Source of the DNA: an uncultured virus (IMG/VR IMGVR_UViG_3300033153_002864)
Taxonomy: Duplodnaviria > Heunggongvirae > Uroviricota > Caudoviricetes
IMG/VR virus record: IMGVR_UViG_3300033153_002864
Strand: one strand, 5' to 3'
DNA length: 64,000 bases
In this document: positions 28,487 to 38,902 of the stretch, one piece after another
Layout of the letters: the number at the start of each line of letters is the position of its first letter
Numbering within the stretch: position 1 is the first letter of the stretch
Translations under genes and position numbers: made by a program
The notes under the pieces: generated by a model
Seen by the model: the letters and a program-made list of their open reading frames with translations, nothing else
The model's database searches: none
Told to the model about the DNA's origin: nothing

Positions 28487-30031
28487 ATGGCAGATTGGGG
28501 ATTATATGCGGCATTGAGAGGTCAAGATAACTGGGCTCAACGTAGAGCTGACGAACAAATGGAGATGCAAGTTCTTCAAAAGCATGCAGCTCGTGAAGAG
28601 AAGAAAACTCAACAGTCAATGATGGCTGAGGAGGGAATCAACAAGTATCTTGACGAGATGGCTAATATTGATGTTCTTCCCGAAGATCAAGAAAGAATCA
28701 AGGAAGTAGAAAGACAAGCAAGGCACAATATTATTAAGGGTATTGCTCAGAATAATGGTGACTTATCTCGTTATGTTTCTTCTGGAGGTATTACTGATTT
28801 ACATGAATATAAAAATTCTATTATCCAGTCTGGAGAAGTTAAAACAGCTTTATCAAATAAGGAAAATATGGCTAAAATTATAGCCGATAAACAAGCAGGT
28901 AATCGCTGGTTTAAGCCTATAGAAGTAAACATTCCGCAAACAGATGAAGAAGGAAATGAGTTGATGGATGTTAACGGTCAGCCTGTGATGGATAAAAGAA
29001 TGGTTGATGTTGATGAGCAATTATCTTTATTTAAGAATGGTGTCATTAATAATCTTGGCTATAATGGTTCTGAAAAGAAGGTTAAACTTAATGCTATGGC
29101 ATTTAAGGGGGCGTTCAAAGATGATAAAAATAAGCAAGGACCTAATGAGGTTACTACATCTGATATTGTATTTCACGCTATGGAAGCAGGAGCTTCTGAA
29201 GAATATGCTAATCATTTGGCAGATAGTTATAAAGAAAGATATGATGCGGGTATGGATCCTTGGAAATGGAAAGCGTGGGATCAAGCAGAAGCTGATTTAA
29301 TGAATGCAAAAACTAATAAGTTGAAAGGCCATACAGGTTCAACAGAAAATCAAGGTTATAAAGACATATACAAAAGGTCTGTTACGGGAGTTGGTCACAA
29401 TCAACAAGCTGGAGAATCTAAAGATTGGGTAAACAAAGATGGTTCTGTAGGTGCTACTGATTATAAAACTCACACTGTTTCATCTAATGAAACAAGAGAG
29501 CTATTTAATCAAATGGGTATTAGTCTAGACCAATTAAAGAATGTTAAAACAGTGGATAATGATGGAGATATTATTGAGGTTGCCGATGTTCAAAATCCAG
29601 TATTAATACCTGGAGGAAAAATATATTCTCCTAGTAGCGGTAGACCTGTAGCTTTATCAAATTTACCATATACAATTACATCTATAGACCCTGTAGTTCA
29701 TAGAGTTGATGGAGATTCTTATATGCAAGTTAGTATTTATACGGATGAAAATGCTTTTGATGCTTTAGGTGATGAAGGAATTAGAAGTGAAGCTGGACTT
29801 GACCACATGAATGCAGATTGGAAACAACACGTTTCTAAAGCAGGAGGTGGTGGATGGTCAGGAGAGAACTATGATGTTACTGCTTGGATTAAAATAAATG
29901 ATTCCCCATCTGCTCGTAAGAAAGGAACTAACAATCTTCAACCTGCTAAGTGGCAAGAAGAAGGTGGGGTTTATGGTACAGGTGGTGGAGATGGTGTTGT
30001 TAAAGAGAATGTAAGGGAATTTTATAATTAA
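28487..30031 (+). CDS. putative ejection (cargo) protein
   Basis: Position upstream of the virion RNAP. Confidence 0.55.
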   Translation: MADWGLYAALRGQDNWAQRRADEQMEMQVLQKHAAREEKKTQQSMMAEEGINKYLDEMANIDVLPEDQERIKEVERQARHNIIKGIAQNNGDLSRYVSSGGITDLHEYKNSIIQSGEVKTALSNKENMAKIIADKQAGNRWFKPIEVNIPQTDEEGNELMDVNGQPVMDKRMVDVDEQLSLFKNGVINNLGYNGSEKKVKLNAMAFKGAFKDDKNKQGPNEVTTSDIVFHAMEAGASEEYANHLADSYKERYDAGMDPWKWKAWDQAEADLMNAKTNKLKGHTGSTENQGYKDIYKRSVTGVGHNQQAGESKDWVNKDGSVGATDYKTHTVSSNETRELFNQMGISLDQLKNVKTVDNDGDIIEVADVQNPVLIPGGKIYSPSSGRPVALSNLPYTITSIDPVVHRVDGDSYMQVSIYTDENAFDALGDEGIRSEAGLDHMNADWKQHVSKAGGGGWSGENYDVTAWIKINDSPSARKKGTNNLQPAKWQEEGGVYGTGGGDGVVKENVREFYN

Positions 30032-30037
30032 AATATT

Positions 30038-33000
30038 ATGCCAGAAGAAATAGTTCACAATACTGAGGATGGTAATACTGCTCAAAATCAACCTACAAAT
30101 AATGTAAATGAAGAGGATTCGGCAGCTAAAGCTTTCCAAGAAAAGACTGCTCGAACAATAGCCTACTTCAACGATATGGATAATCCTGAGTATGATGATA
30201 TAGAAAAGGATATACTTGCTACAGGAACGTCTATACCAGACTTTAAGAAAGATTTTGTTGAATCTATTGATGCGATGGGTGGTGGTGAAGGAGAATCTAT
30301 AATGGGTATGATGCCTACTGATAAGAACTATAGTAATGTTTATGATTTTAAGAATAGTGTTTGGGATGATTTTGCTACAAGTTTTCAAGGTGGTTTAAAT
30401 AGAGCTGCTTATGGTCTTGGTGCAGTTGTACCAGGTATTGCTGCTGCTACTCAAGAAAGTGGAGAAAGCCCTGAATGGACTACTGATTGGATTGAGGGGA
30501 TGGGAGATTGGCATGATGCTACAAAGGAAAGAACAAGCGATGCTTCTAAGCAATCGTTTTTTGAAACAGGAAGTGCAAGAGCATTTGCTAGTGGAATGGG
30601 AAGTGGTTTAGCCTCTATGGCTCCAATGGCTTTAAATTTTATTCCTTATGTTGGTAGTGCTGCATATCTTACAACAACCTTTTCAGATGTATTTGGTACT
30701 ATCTTAGAGAATGGTCAAGAGAATGGATTGTCCGTTGAAAATTCATCACGTATGGCATTGGCATTGGCTATTCCTATTACTGCTTTGGAAAAAGTTGGTA
30801 TGAAAGGAGTTACCAATCCTATAAAGAATGCTGCTATGAAATACCTAGAGAAAGGTGGTATGAATATAGCAATGAAAAAACTTGCTAAAGAGGGTGGTAG
30901 TAAATTAGCTAGAAAAGATTTTGTTGATTTCCTAAAAGTAGGAGCTAAAGATATTGGAAAGAAAGAAGCAGTTAAGCGTAGAGTTGGAAATATTGCAAAG
31001 GCATTTGGTACTGGTGCAGGGAGGGAAGGTGTTACTGAAACATTACAATCTATACTTGAACAATCGGGAGAACAACTTTGGGATATTTATGCTGCTGATG
31101 CAGATGCTACTATTGGTGATGGTAAGTATGGTACTGATATAAAGTCAAAAGAGTTTTGGATGCAGGCAGCGGAAGAAGGTTTTTATGGTGCTATTTTAGG
31201 TGGTGTTATGGCAGGAGGTGGCTCTGCTCATCAATCATTGAGAGATCAATCTGCATATCATTATGTTAGAACATCTTTAGATAAAAATAAACCTCAAAAT
31301 ATTACTGCTTTAAAGAATTACGCAGCCAAACAACAAGCTGATGGTGTATTAACTAAAGGAGAGCTAGATAACTTTGTGGGGAAGATTGATGAAATGGTTA
31401 AGTACGAGGGAGAAATGTGGCATCAAATGGATAATCCGTCTGCTAAGTTTCAATCTTATAACAATATGGTTACTCGTGATGCTGCAAGTAAGATTGCGGA
31501 TTCTGATTGGGTGGCTGAACAAGAGGCTAATTACCCTGAAAAGGCAATTGTTATTAAAGGACTAGCTAATGATATTAAGAATGATTCTCAAAAGATAGTT
31601 GAAGCTGTTAGTAATGCTGAAACTCAATTAAAAGAAAAGAATAAAGGGAAGGATCGTAGTATTGGTAAGAAAGTTTCTAATGCTATATTTCAAAACAAAA
31701 AAACATACGCTTATAACCCCGTTAATCAAAATGAGATTGCTCCTGATTTAACGTCAAATATAGATAAATTAAACAATCTCTTACCTAAAGAGATGAGTAT
31801 TGATCCGCTAAACAATAAGCAAGCGGAGAATGAGGGGAAGATTCAAACTGTTAGAGATGGGAAAGAAATAACTCCCGATAAGCCATTTGGTAAGGTTTTT
31901 AAAACTAAACCATCTAAAGATGATGGAGAAATCGTTGTCTTGACAGAGGCATCTTTAACTGCAGACGGAAAGCTAGAAGTAGAAGCTGCTTATAAAGCTG
32001 CTATGGAATCTAAAACTCCAGAACAAAAGCAAGAGATTATAGATAACATTGGTAATAAGTATGGTATTGATAAAGATGCTATTTCTTACATCGCCAATAA
32101 TATAGATGTTACAGAAGAAGGATTATCAGAAGTTACATCACCCGAAGAAGAAGTTGAAAGTCAGAATAAAGAATCTCAAGCAGATAAAAAAGCTAAAGAG
32201 AAAACTGATGAAGATGAAAAGACAGATCCTCTTGATGCTTTATTTGGAAAGAAGAATGAACCATCTACTAAAAAAGATTCTGTAAAGAAAACTGGTAGTG
32301 CTAGAGAAGTTGTAGATGCTGCTGTAGAGAGTATTGAATCTTTAGCTAAAAAGGAAGCTAAACCTACTGCGAAAAAAACTGAGGAAAAATCAGAAGATAA
32401 ACCTACTGATAAAGAGGAAGTTACGGAAGAAACTAAGGATAGGGTTTCTTTGGAGAATAAGATTTTACAAGCTACAGAAATATTAAGTGGTGATGTTGAG
32501 GTTGGTCCATCTGTATTAAATAGAAAAATGGGTGTTTCTCTTGATGAAGCTCAAGAAATAATTGATGAACTTGAAAGTAGAGGTGTCGTATCTGAATCTA
32601 AGGGTGCTAAGGGTAGAAAGTTTTTAGCGAAGAAATCAGAACCTAAAACAAAGATTAAAGAAGAAGTAGTTGATGAAACTGTTACAGCCGAAGAACAAGA
32701 AAAGATTGATGAGCAAGTAGCTGAAAATCAAACTGCAGAAAAAAAGAAGATTGATAGTATCAATAGTATTCTTACAAGAAGTGACCAGAGAAAATCGGGA
32801 AGCGTTTACGAACAACAATTAATCAAGGATAATCCTGAGTTGTATAATGAGATTAAGAAACACTTCAAAAGAATATTCCCATTTGTTTCTGTAAAGGAAG
32901 TTGATAAACTTGGAGAAAAATATGGTGCTAAAGTTCTTGCAAGATTAGTTGAAAGTGGTATAGAAATAGATCCTAAGAACGCTATTCAAACATCATTGAT

Positions 33001-36000
33001 TCACGAGTACGGTCACGTATTCTTAGAAATGCTTGGAGATAAGCATCCATTAGTTAAGATAGGATATAACCTTATCAAAGGTTCTGACTTCCATAAGGAG
33101 GCTCAAAAGAATTACCCAGACAAGACTGAGGCTGAACAGTTAAACGAAGCTCTTACAGAAGCTGTTGCAACTGATTCATTAGAGATACTTAAAAATAGAT
33201 TGGATGGTGCTAAGTTTAAGCAATTCCAGGAGTGGATGAAAAGTATTTGGAGTAGATTAAAGAAATATATAGGAAGAGCTAATCAGAAAGACATTACTAG
33301 AATAATTGCTAGAGAAATGACATTGGCCAATAAGCCATTTAAATCAAGTCTTGGTAATTTAGTTGGTATTAATAAAGATCAACGACATAGTTCGCCAATA
33401 TCAAGAAAGGTAAAGGAATCTGTTGATGCCGTTTATCAATCATTGTCTATTCAATTATTAGATTACATTTCTAACAAGGATGGTAATTTTAATTTTAAAG
33501 ATAATAAAGATCAGTCTTTAGTTGCTTTTGCTACTTTACTTAAAAGGTATTATGATGAGAAGCAAAATCCAGATACTTCTAAAACTAAAATATTTAATGA
33601 GGTAGATTTAGGTATTGATGTAAAGGATAATATTGAATCATACGATGATATATATGAGTTTTCTGAAAAGTTAAAAGAAATTGATAGCGAAATTTACAAT
33701 GCTGCAGATACCGTTCTTAATTCAATGTTTAAGTCTAGTCTTGAATTAGATGAACATCAGCAGACAGAAGAGGAAATTGACTTAGAAGAGGATTTAGGTG
33801 AGGAAACAAATGGAGATGCAATTAAAGCCGATAAGAAAGTTTCATTATCTGTTCGTAGTATTCTATCTTCTATCGTTGATGACCACGGTAGTAAGATTGG
33901 AAGTGATGCTGTATTTTCTTACGTTTCCAATCTTGCTGAAAGAACTTACAAAAAGGCTGGATTAAGAAACGCACTTAATGAAGATAAATTAAACAGTCCA
34001 ATAGCAAGAAGAGTTGTTCAACTTATAGATGCTTTAGAGAATGGTAATCAATCTGACAAAAGAAAACTTGCAGGATTTATGCAGGAAATATCTTCATTGA
34101 TTCAGGTCAAGAGTGTTGGTCTTAATTTCGAGAAAAAAACAGATGAAGAGTCTGGTGAAGTAAGTTATGTTGTAAGGAATCCAATAAGAAATAAAGACAA
34201 TACATACAATGGATTACTTGACGCATTAAGCAATGCTAATGAAGCGGATAGTAAATGGTTGAATAGTATTGATACCGTAAACATTATAAAGGATATTGAT
34301 AGCTATATAGATAACGACAATATTAAACCAACATCAAAACTGACAGATTTCCTTTCGGAGTTGAGTAGAATTTTGGATGTTAATATTGGCGTAGATCAAT
34401 TAGAAGATGTTATTAATGAGTTTTCTAAAACTAGAAATAGCAAGACTACCAACTTTGTTTATGCGATTGCCGGAAAGTATGACTCGATGAAGACTGTTGC
34501 AAATAAGGAATCTACATTCTCTAAGATTACTGGCTTTGTTGATTCAATTTACAAAGGATTAAAGACAAGTCTATTGAGTAATACTTATCTCAATGGCTCT
34601 AACAATACGGTTACAACTACTCAATTAGGTCATTGGGTAAGTACTCTTAATTCAATGTTAATGAATGATGAGAGTGGTCGTGTTGAAGCTATGAAGAATA
34701 GTGATATTTATAAGAACAATCCTGTCTTTAGACATTTTGTTGAACAAGGGAAAGTTGAGTACTCCACATTCGATTCATTAAAGAACTTTAATACGGGAAC
34801 TAATGTTGAGTATGCTAATATGTCAGATAGAGATTATATGATGTTACAGCTATCTAATTTCGCTACAAGCACTTCAAAGAATCATTACAACCAAACGTTA
34901 GGTGTTAAATCTAACAGACAAAGCATTTCGTTGTTTGAGGTTCCAAGCTATACTAAGGATGGTAAGTTTAGTCGTTCTGAATTAAGAAATGCTTACAATG
35001 ACCAAGTATCTATGCTTGAGCCAATGTTAAAGAGAATGTTAGCTAGTCATAGTTCTCAAGATGCCAAGAATGATTTGATAGAAGATTTCAATAAGCTATA
35101 TGTACATACGGCTGATAAGAATGGAAACATTACTTCTGGATTAAGTAAGGCTAAATATGAAAATGATATTAATGAAATTAAAGATGTTGCTAAGAATAAC
35201 AATTTAGATAAAGCTTTCTCTTCAAAAATTGGTAAAGGAAAACAGTTTGCTAGTTTTGATGAAATGGTTGAAAGTTTCTTTTTCATAGAGGCTTTGAACA
35301 GAACTTCTCTTAACGATATATATGGTGGTGTTGCTTTAGAGTATGCCAACATAGTTGCTGGAAAAAGAAATTCAGATGGAACTCGTAAAGGTGGTGGTGT
35401 TCAGCAGAACACTAAGCGAATGTCTTCTTCTGACAGTAATGGTAAGCAGATTGAAATAGATAAGCCTATTCATTATATTGTTTTTGATTCAGGAATTAGT
35501 GGAGCTGATTCATTTAAGTTCAACGGTTCACATTTAACTGAACATATTGATAATGAAACTGGAAACTTAGATCCTTTAGGAATCAATTCTAAAGAGTTAG
35601 TATTTCAAGTTGACCCAAAAACAGGTCAAACTGTTTACATTAAATCAAGTGGACTTAACTTAAAAGTTAATGAGGATGGTCATAATTTGAAAGGTTTTGG
35701 AGAGAATATGTCTAAGATTGGTGATGCTATGTTAGCTGTTGAACAAATGTTAGCTACAGATAGTGACCCAAATCCTTATGTAGTATTTATGGATTCCTCT
35801 GCATCTAAAGGAACACATAAGTTTAAAACTATTAATTATCAAGATGTAATGGATGGTAATTTAGAATCTGTTAAGGGTGCTGTGAATACCCTTGAAATAG
35901 ATAATCTAACTACTCCATTTAATCTTAACAAGACTTTAAAAGACGTTCATCAGCAAGAGGCTATACTATCTACTCAAGCTGCTATAATACAGTTTAATGC

Positions 36001-38899
36001 TGGTCAATCTATATCTTCTTTTGAGGATGCTGCTACTGAATATCTTAAAAACAAGATGAAGGCTAGAAATGGTAAGCCTGGTATTGTGGATCAATTATCT
36101 GATTTTAATAACAATATCGAGGAGCTTACCAAGGATATGAATGAGCGCGAGAAATCTGCTACTACAGAAATCCTTGACGCTATTAAAGTGTTTAATGCGG
36201 ACCCTAATAATAAAGACAATCAGATAACAGTATTTGACCACGATAGTTTAAAATTAGTTTATGAGCAATTCATTGCAAGTAGATTAGCCAAGAAAGGAAC
36301 TAAAGTTGAAATGTCTGGAAACTTTATGCACCAACTTCCTGATATGGGTGGTAAGGGTAGAAAGTTGAAAGGTAAAGAGGTTGCTGTTTCTTGGAAGATG
36401 TTCTTCAATGAAAAGCCAACTCCTCAGCAAGAGGCTGAATTTTTAGCTTCTGCTGATAATAAGGTTGCTGTTGTTCGTATTCCTGCTTCTGCAGAAATGA
36501 GTATGTTCGGAGGAACAGTAGGTTACTTTTTAGATACTGATGCAAATGTTGTTGCGTTGTCAGATGAGTTTGTTGATTTTTCAGATTCAGATCACGATGG
36601 AGATAAGGCTATGGTTTACCGTAAGGAAATGGCTAAAGATGGAAGTGTTGTTTCAGAAGAGAATAGTGCTAAGACTAAAATGTTTAATCGATTCTATGAG
36701 AATTTAACTACTGCAAAATTCGAGGAGAATAGAAAGTCTCGTTTAGATTTAGACCCTATACGTCAAGCTGTTGGTGAAGTTATGGGGGATTTTTCAACTT
36801 CAACTATTAATAAGATGGTTGAGGTGGCTCAGAAGATGGGATTAGGTCAAGTTGCTACAGGTAGATTTGCTATTGCAGGAAAGTTAATGGCATTATTAAG
36901 TCAATCAAATGAGAGTCTTAATACTTCTATTGATTTTAATGATCACGTTGGAGTAAATTCTTTAAAAGACTTTACTAATAAATCTTTAGATGATATTGCA
37001 AGACTTCTTCAAGCTGCTTTAGATATAGGTAACGACCCTATACTTTCAGAAACAGGGTTCACTGAGAATACAATAAATGTTGGTAATGCAATGTTGTTGT
37101 TAGGATTAGACACGAAAGAAATAATTACCTTTTTAAAAGCTCCAGGTATTAATGCAATGACTAAGGATTTTGTGAATAGTAATCTTGCGATGTCCTCAAA
37201 TGAACAAGTTTCTTTTGATTCCTATCTTAAAAACATTCTTTTCAAAAAAGATGATAGTGGCAAGACTGTTGAAAAAAGTGCTAAAGAATTATCGGAGTTA
37301 AAATTTGACGGAAAGAAATTAGGAGACATCAAGAATGGTGTTGAGGATATTCTTAAATACAACGAGTTTAAAGAAGTTGGTGATGGATTATCTAAGATGA
37401 TTGGATTTATCAAGTTAGATAAAGGACTTCCTAAGAATGCTGATTTAAATAAAAAGCTAATAGAAGATGTTTCTAAATTCAAGGAGCTTCCTTTCTCTAC
37501 AGAAACAATGACTAATAGAGAGCTTTCTAAACATAGATATGGTGTTGCTAAATCTCAAGGACAGATATATGCTAAACAATTATTAACCTCTAGTAAGACT
37601 ATAGTTGATTTAATAGAAAACGTTTCTGAGCTTACTGAAAATGCTTTCTTATTTAAGAAGAAGGCTGCTTCGTCTATTATGAAGATAATGGCTCAAAAGC
37701 AAATCAAAGATTCTCCTAAAGAAGTTGGTAAATGGCTGTATGATTTTGCTAACAAGATAAAAGGAATAAAAGATTTTGCTAAGTCTGGTGAGCATAACAT
37801 TTCTATTGGTAGTAATGTAGAAAATAGTCTTACAAAATCTATCTATGATGATATTCAAAAAAATCCTTTATCCAGTAAAGAAGAAATCATTGCTGACAAT
37901 GTTAATCGTGCTGGAGGTAATCCTGATACGATTATCAAGTACACAAATCTTTTAAGTAAATATGAATCAGAAATAGATAAAGTTGAAGATGTTGCCAAAT
38001 TTGCTGACAATAAATTCATTGAATACCTTAAAGTTGAAAATGATGCTAATGAAAAACCTTTAGTAAAGTTAGATTCTAAATCTGCTAAAACAACTACTCA
38101 AATAACTCAAGAGGTTAAGGATGGTTTCTTGGAGCTTCAAGAATTAGATCCTGCATTGGCTCAAGAATTTATTAACTATCAGTTATATAGACATGGAGTT
38201 AATAACAAGATAGGAAGTCTTATTGATGTTCTACCTAAGAGTATTGATGTTCAACAATTATCTGATGCTTCTCAATTTAAAAAGGGAATAGAATCTATTG
38301 ATACAAAAGATGCTTATCAGATTACTAAAGAACAATTAGAAGATAATCTAATCGTTGATAGTAAAGAATTATTGAGAGAGATTAATCTTTCTAGTATTGA
38401 TAACATATCAGGTTCTCAAGGTAATCCAATATCATTTACTTTAAAGGATAATTCCTCAAAGTATGTTACTTATAATGATGTTGTTTACAAGAAAAGTGGA
38501 GAGGCTTATATGAAAGTTGTTGGTGTAGAAAGTGATAATAATTTCACTGCATTCAATAATACTGAGAATTTAAATGATGAGATTAGCTTAGTAAAGGATT
38601 TAAGAAAGATGGAAGAAGAGGCTAGCTTAGTAGAACAAGAGGCTTATGCCGAAGCTCTTAAAAATCAAGATGAAATATTAATGCCTGATGGGACTATATT
38701 TTCTACTCCATTAGTAGATGCATTTATAGAAGTGAGAGGTGGTAGTTATACTGTCAAAACTAATGGAGATGTTATTAATACAACTCCTGGTTCAGCAAAT
38801 AATGGTAACTTAGTCGCTGTTAATACCGCTATTCATAGTGAGGTAATAGCAGAACTTCAACAGCAACAAGCTGAGGATTTAAACAATAATTGTAAATAA
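30038..38899 (+). CDS. giant virion RNA polymerase polyprotein (two-barrel), with zincin protease and wHTH domains
   Basis: RIP (about 36476) about 36 aa before DHDGD (36590-36604); HEYGH at 33002-33016; crAss-like synteny. Confidence 0.8.
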   Translation: MPEEIVHNTEDGNTAQNQPTNNVNEEDSAAKAFQEKTARTIAYFNDMDNPEYDDIEKDILATGTSIPDFKKDFVESIDAMGGGEGESIMGMMPTDKNYSNVYDFKNSVWDDFATSFQGGLNRAAYGLGAVVPGIAAATQESGESPEWTTDWIEGMGDWHDATKERTSDASKQSFFETGSARAFASGMGSGLASMAPMALNFIPYVGSAAYLTTTFSDVFGTILENGQENGLSVENSSRMALALAIPITALEKVGMKGVTNPIKNAAMKYLEKGGMNIAMKKLAKEGGSKLARKDFVDFLKVGAKDIGKKEAVKRRVGNIAKAFGTGAGREGVTETLQSILEQSGEQLWDIYAADADATIGDGKYGTDIKSKEFWMQAAEEGFYGAILGGVMAGGGSAHQSLRDQSAYHYVRTSLDKNKPQNITALKNYAAKQQADGVLTKGELDNFVGKIDEMVKYEGEMWHQMDNPSAKFQSYNNMVTRDAASKIADSDWVAEQEANYPEKAIVIKGLANDIKNDSQKIVEAVSNAETQLKEKNKGKDRSIGKKVSNAIFQNKKTYAYNPVNQNEIAPDLTSNIDKLNNLLPKEMSIDPLNNKQAENEGKIQTVRDGKEITPDKPFGKVFKTKPSKDDGEIVVLTEASLTADGKLEVEAAYKAAMESKTPEQKQEIIDNIGNKYGIDKDAISYIANNIDVTEEGLSEVTSPEEEVESQNKESQADKKAKEKTDEDEKTDPLDALFGKKNEPSTKKDSVKKTGSAREVVDAAVESIESLAKKEAKPTAKKTEEKSEDKPTDKEEVTEETKDRVSLENKILQATEILSGDVEVGPSVLNRKMGVSLDEAQEIIDELESRGVVSESKGAKGRKFLAKKSEPKTKIKEEVVDETVTAEEQEKIDEQVAENQTAEKKKIDSINSILTRSDQRKSGSVYEQQLIKDNPELYNEIKKHFKRIFPFVSVKEVDKLGEKYGAKVLARLVESGIEIDPKNAIQTSLIHEYGHVFLEMLGDKHPLVKIGYNLIKGSDFHKEAQKNYPDKTEAEQLNEALTEAVATDSLEILKNRLDGAKFKQFQEWMKSIWSRLKKYIGRANQKDITRIIAREMTLANKPFKSSLGNLVGINKDQRHSSPISRKVKESVDAVYQSLSIQLLDYISNKDGNFNFKDNKDQSLVAFATLLKRYYDEKQNPDTSKTKIFNEVDLGIDVKDNIESYDDIYEFSEKLKEIDSEIYNAADTVLNSMFKSSLELDEHQQTEEEIDLEEDLGEETNGDAIKADKKVSLSVRSILSSIVDDHGSKIGSDAVFSYVSNLAERTYKKAGLRNALNEDKLNSPIARRVVQLIDALENGNQSDKRKLAGFMQEISSLIQVKSVGLNFEKKTDEESGEVSYVVRNPIRNKDNTYNGLLDALSNANEADSKWLNSIDTVNIIKDIDSYIDNDNIKPTSKLTDFLSELSRILDVNIGVDQLEDVINEFSKTRNSKTTNFVYAIAGKYDSMKTVANKESTFSKITGFVDSIYKGLKTSLLSNTYLNGSNNTVTTTQLGHWVSTLNSMLMNDESGRVEAMKNSDIYKNNPVFRHFVEQGKVEYSTFDSLKNFNTGTNVEYANMSDRDYMMLQLSNFATSTSKNHYNQTLGVKSNRQSISLFEVPSYTKDGKFSRSELRNAYNDQVSMLEPMLKRMLASHSSQDAKNDLIEDFNKLYVHTADKNGNITSGLSKAKYENDINEIKDVAKNNNLDKAFSSKIGKGKQFASFDEMVESFFFIEALNRTSLNDIYGGVALEYANIVAGKRNSDGTRKGGGVQQNTKRMSSSDSNGKQIEIDKPIHYIVFDSGISGADSFKFNGSHLTEHIDNETGNLDPLGINSKELVFQVDPKTGQTVYIKSSGLNLKVNEDGHNLKGFGENMSKIGDAMLAVEQMLATDSDPNPYVVFMDSSASKGTHKFKTINYQDVMDGNLESVKGAVNTLEIDNLTTPFNLNKTLKDVHQQEAILSTQAAIIQFNAGQSISSFEDAATEYLKNKMKARNGKPGIVDQLSDFNNNIEELTKDMNEREKSATTEILDAIKVFNADPNNKDNQITVFDHDSLKLVYEQFIASRLAKKGTKVEMSGNFMHQLPDMGGKGRKLKGKEVAVSWKMFFNEKPTPQQEAEFLASADNKVAVVRIPASAEMSMFGGTVGYFLDTDANVVALSDEFVDFSDSDHDGDKAMVYRKEMAKDGSVVSEENSAKTKMFNRFYENLTTAKFEENRKSRLDLDPIRQAVGEVMGDFSTSTINKMVEVAQKMGLGQVATGRFAIAGKLMALLSQSNESLNTSIDFNDHVGVNSLKDFTNKSLDDIARLLQAALDIGNDPILSETGFTENTINVGNAMLLLGLDTKEIITFLKAPGINAMTKDFVNSNLAMSSNEQVSFDSYLKNILFKKDDSGKTVEKSAKELSELKFDGKKLGDIKNGVEDILKYNEFKEVGDGLSKMIGFIKLDKGLPKNADLNKKLIEDVSKFKELPFSTETMTNRELSKHRYGVAKSQGQIYAKQLLTSSKTIVDLIENVSELTENAFLFKKKAASSIMKIMAQKQIKDSPKEVGKWLYDFANKIKGIKDFAKSGEHNISIGSNVENSLTKSIYDDIQKNPLSSKEEIIADNVNRAGGNPDTIIKYTNLLSKYESEIDKVEDVAKFADNKFIEYLKVENDANEKPLVKLDSKSAKTTTQITQEVKDGFLELQELDPALAQEFINYQLYRHGVNNKIGSLIDVLPKSIDVQQLSDASQFKKGIESIDTKDAYQITKEQLEDNLIVDSKELLREINLSSIDNISGSQGNPISFTLKDNSSKYVTYNDVVYKKSGEAYMKVVGVESDNNFTAFNNTENLNDEISLVKDLRKMEEEASLVEQEAYAEALKNQDEILMPDGTIFSTPLVDAFIEVRGGSYTVKTNGDVINTTPGSANNGNLVAVNTAIHSEVIAELQQQQAEDLNNNCK

Positions 38900-38902
38900 A
38901 AT

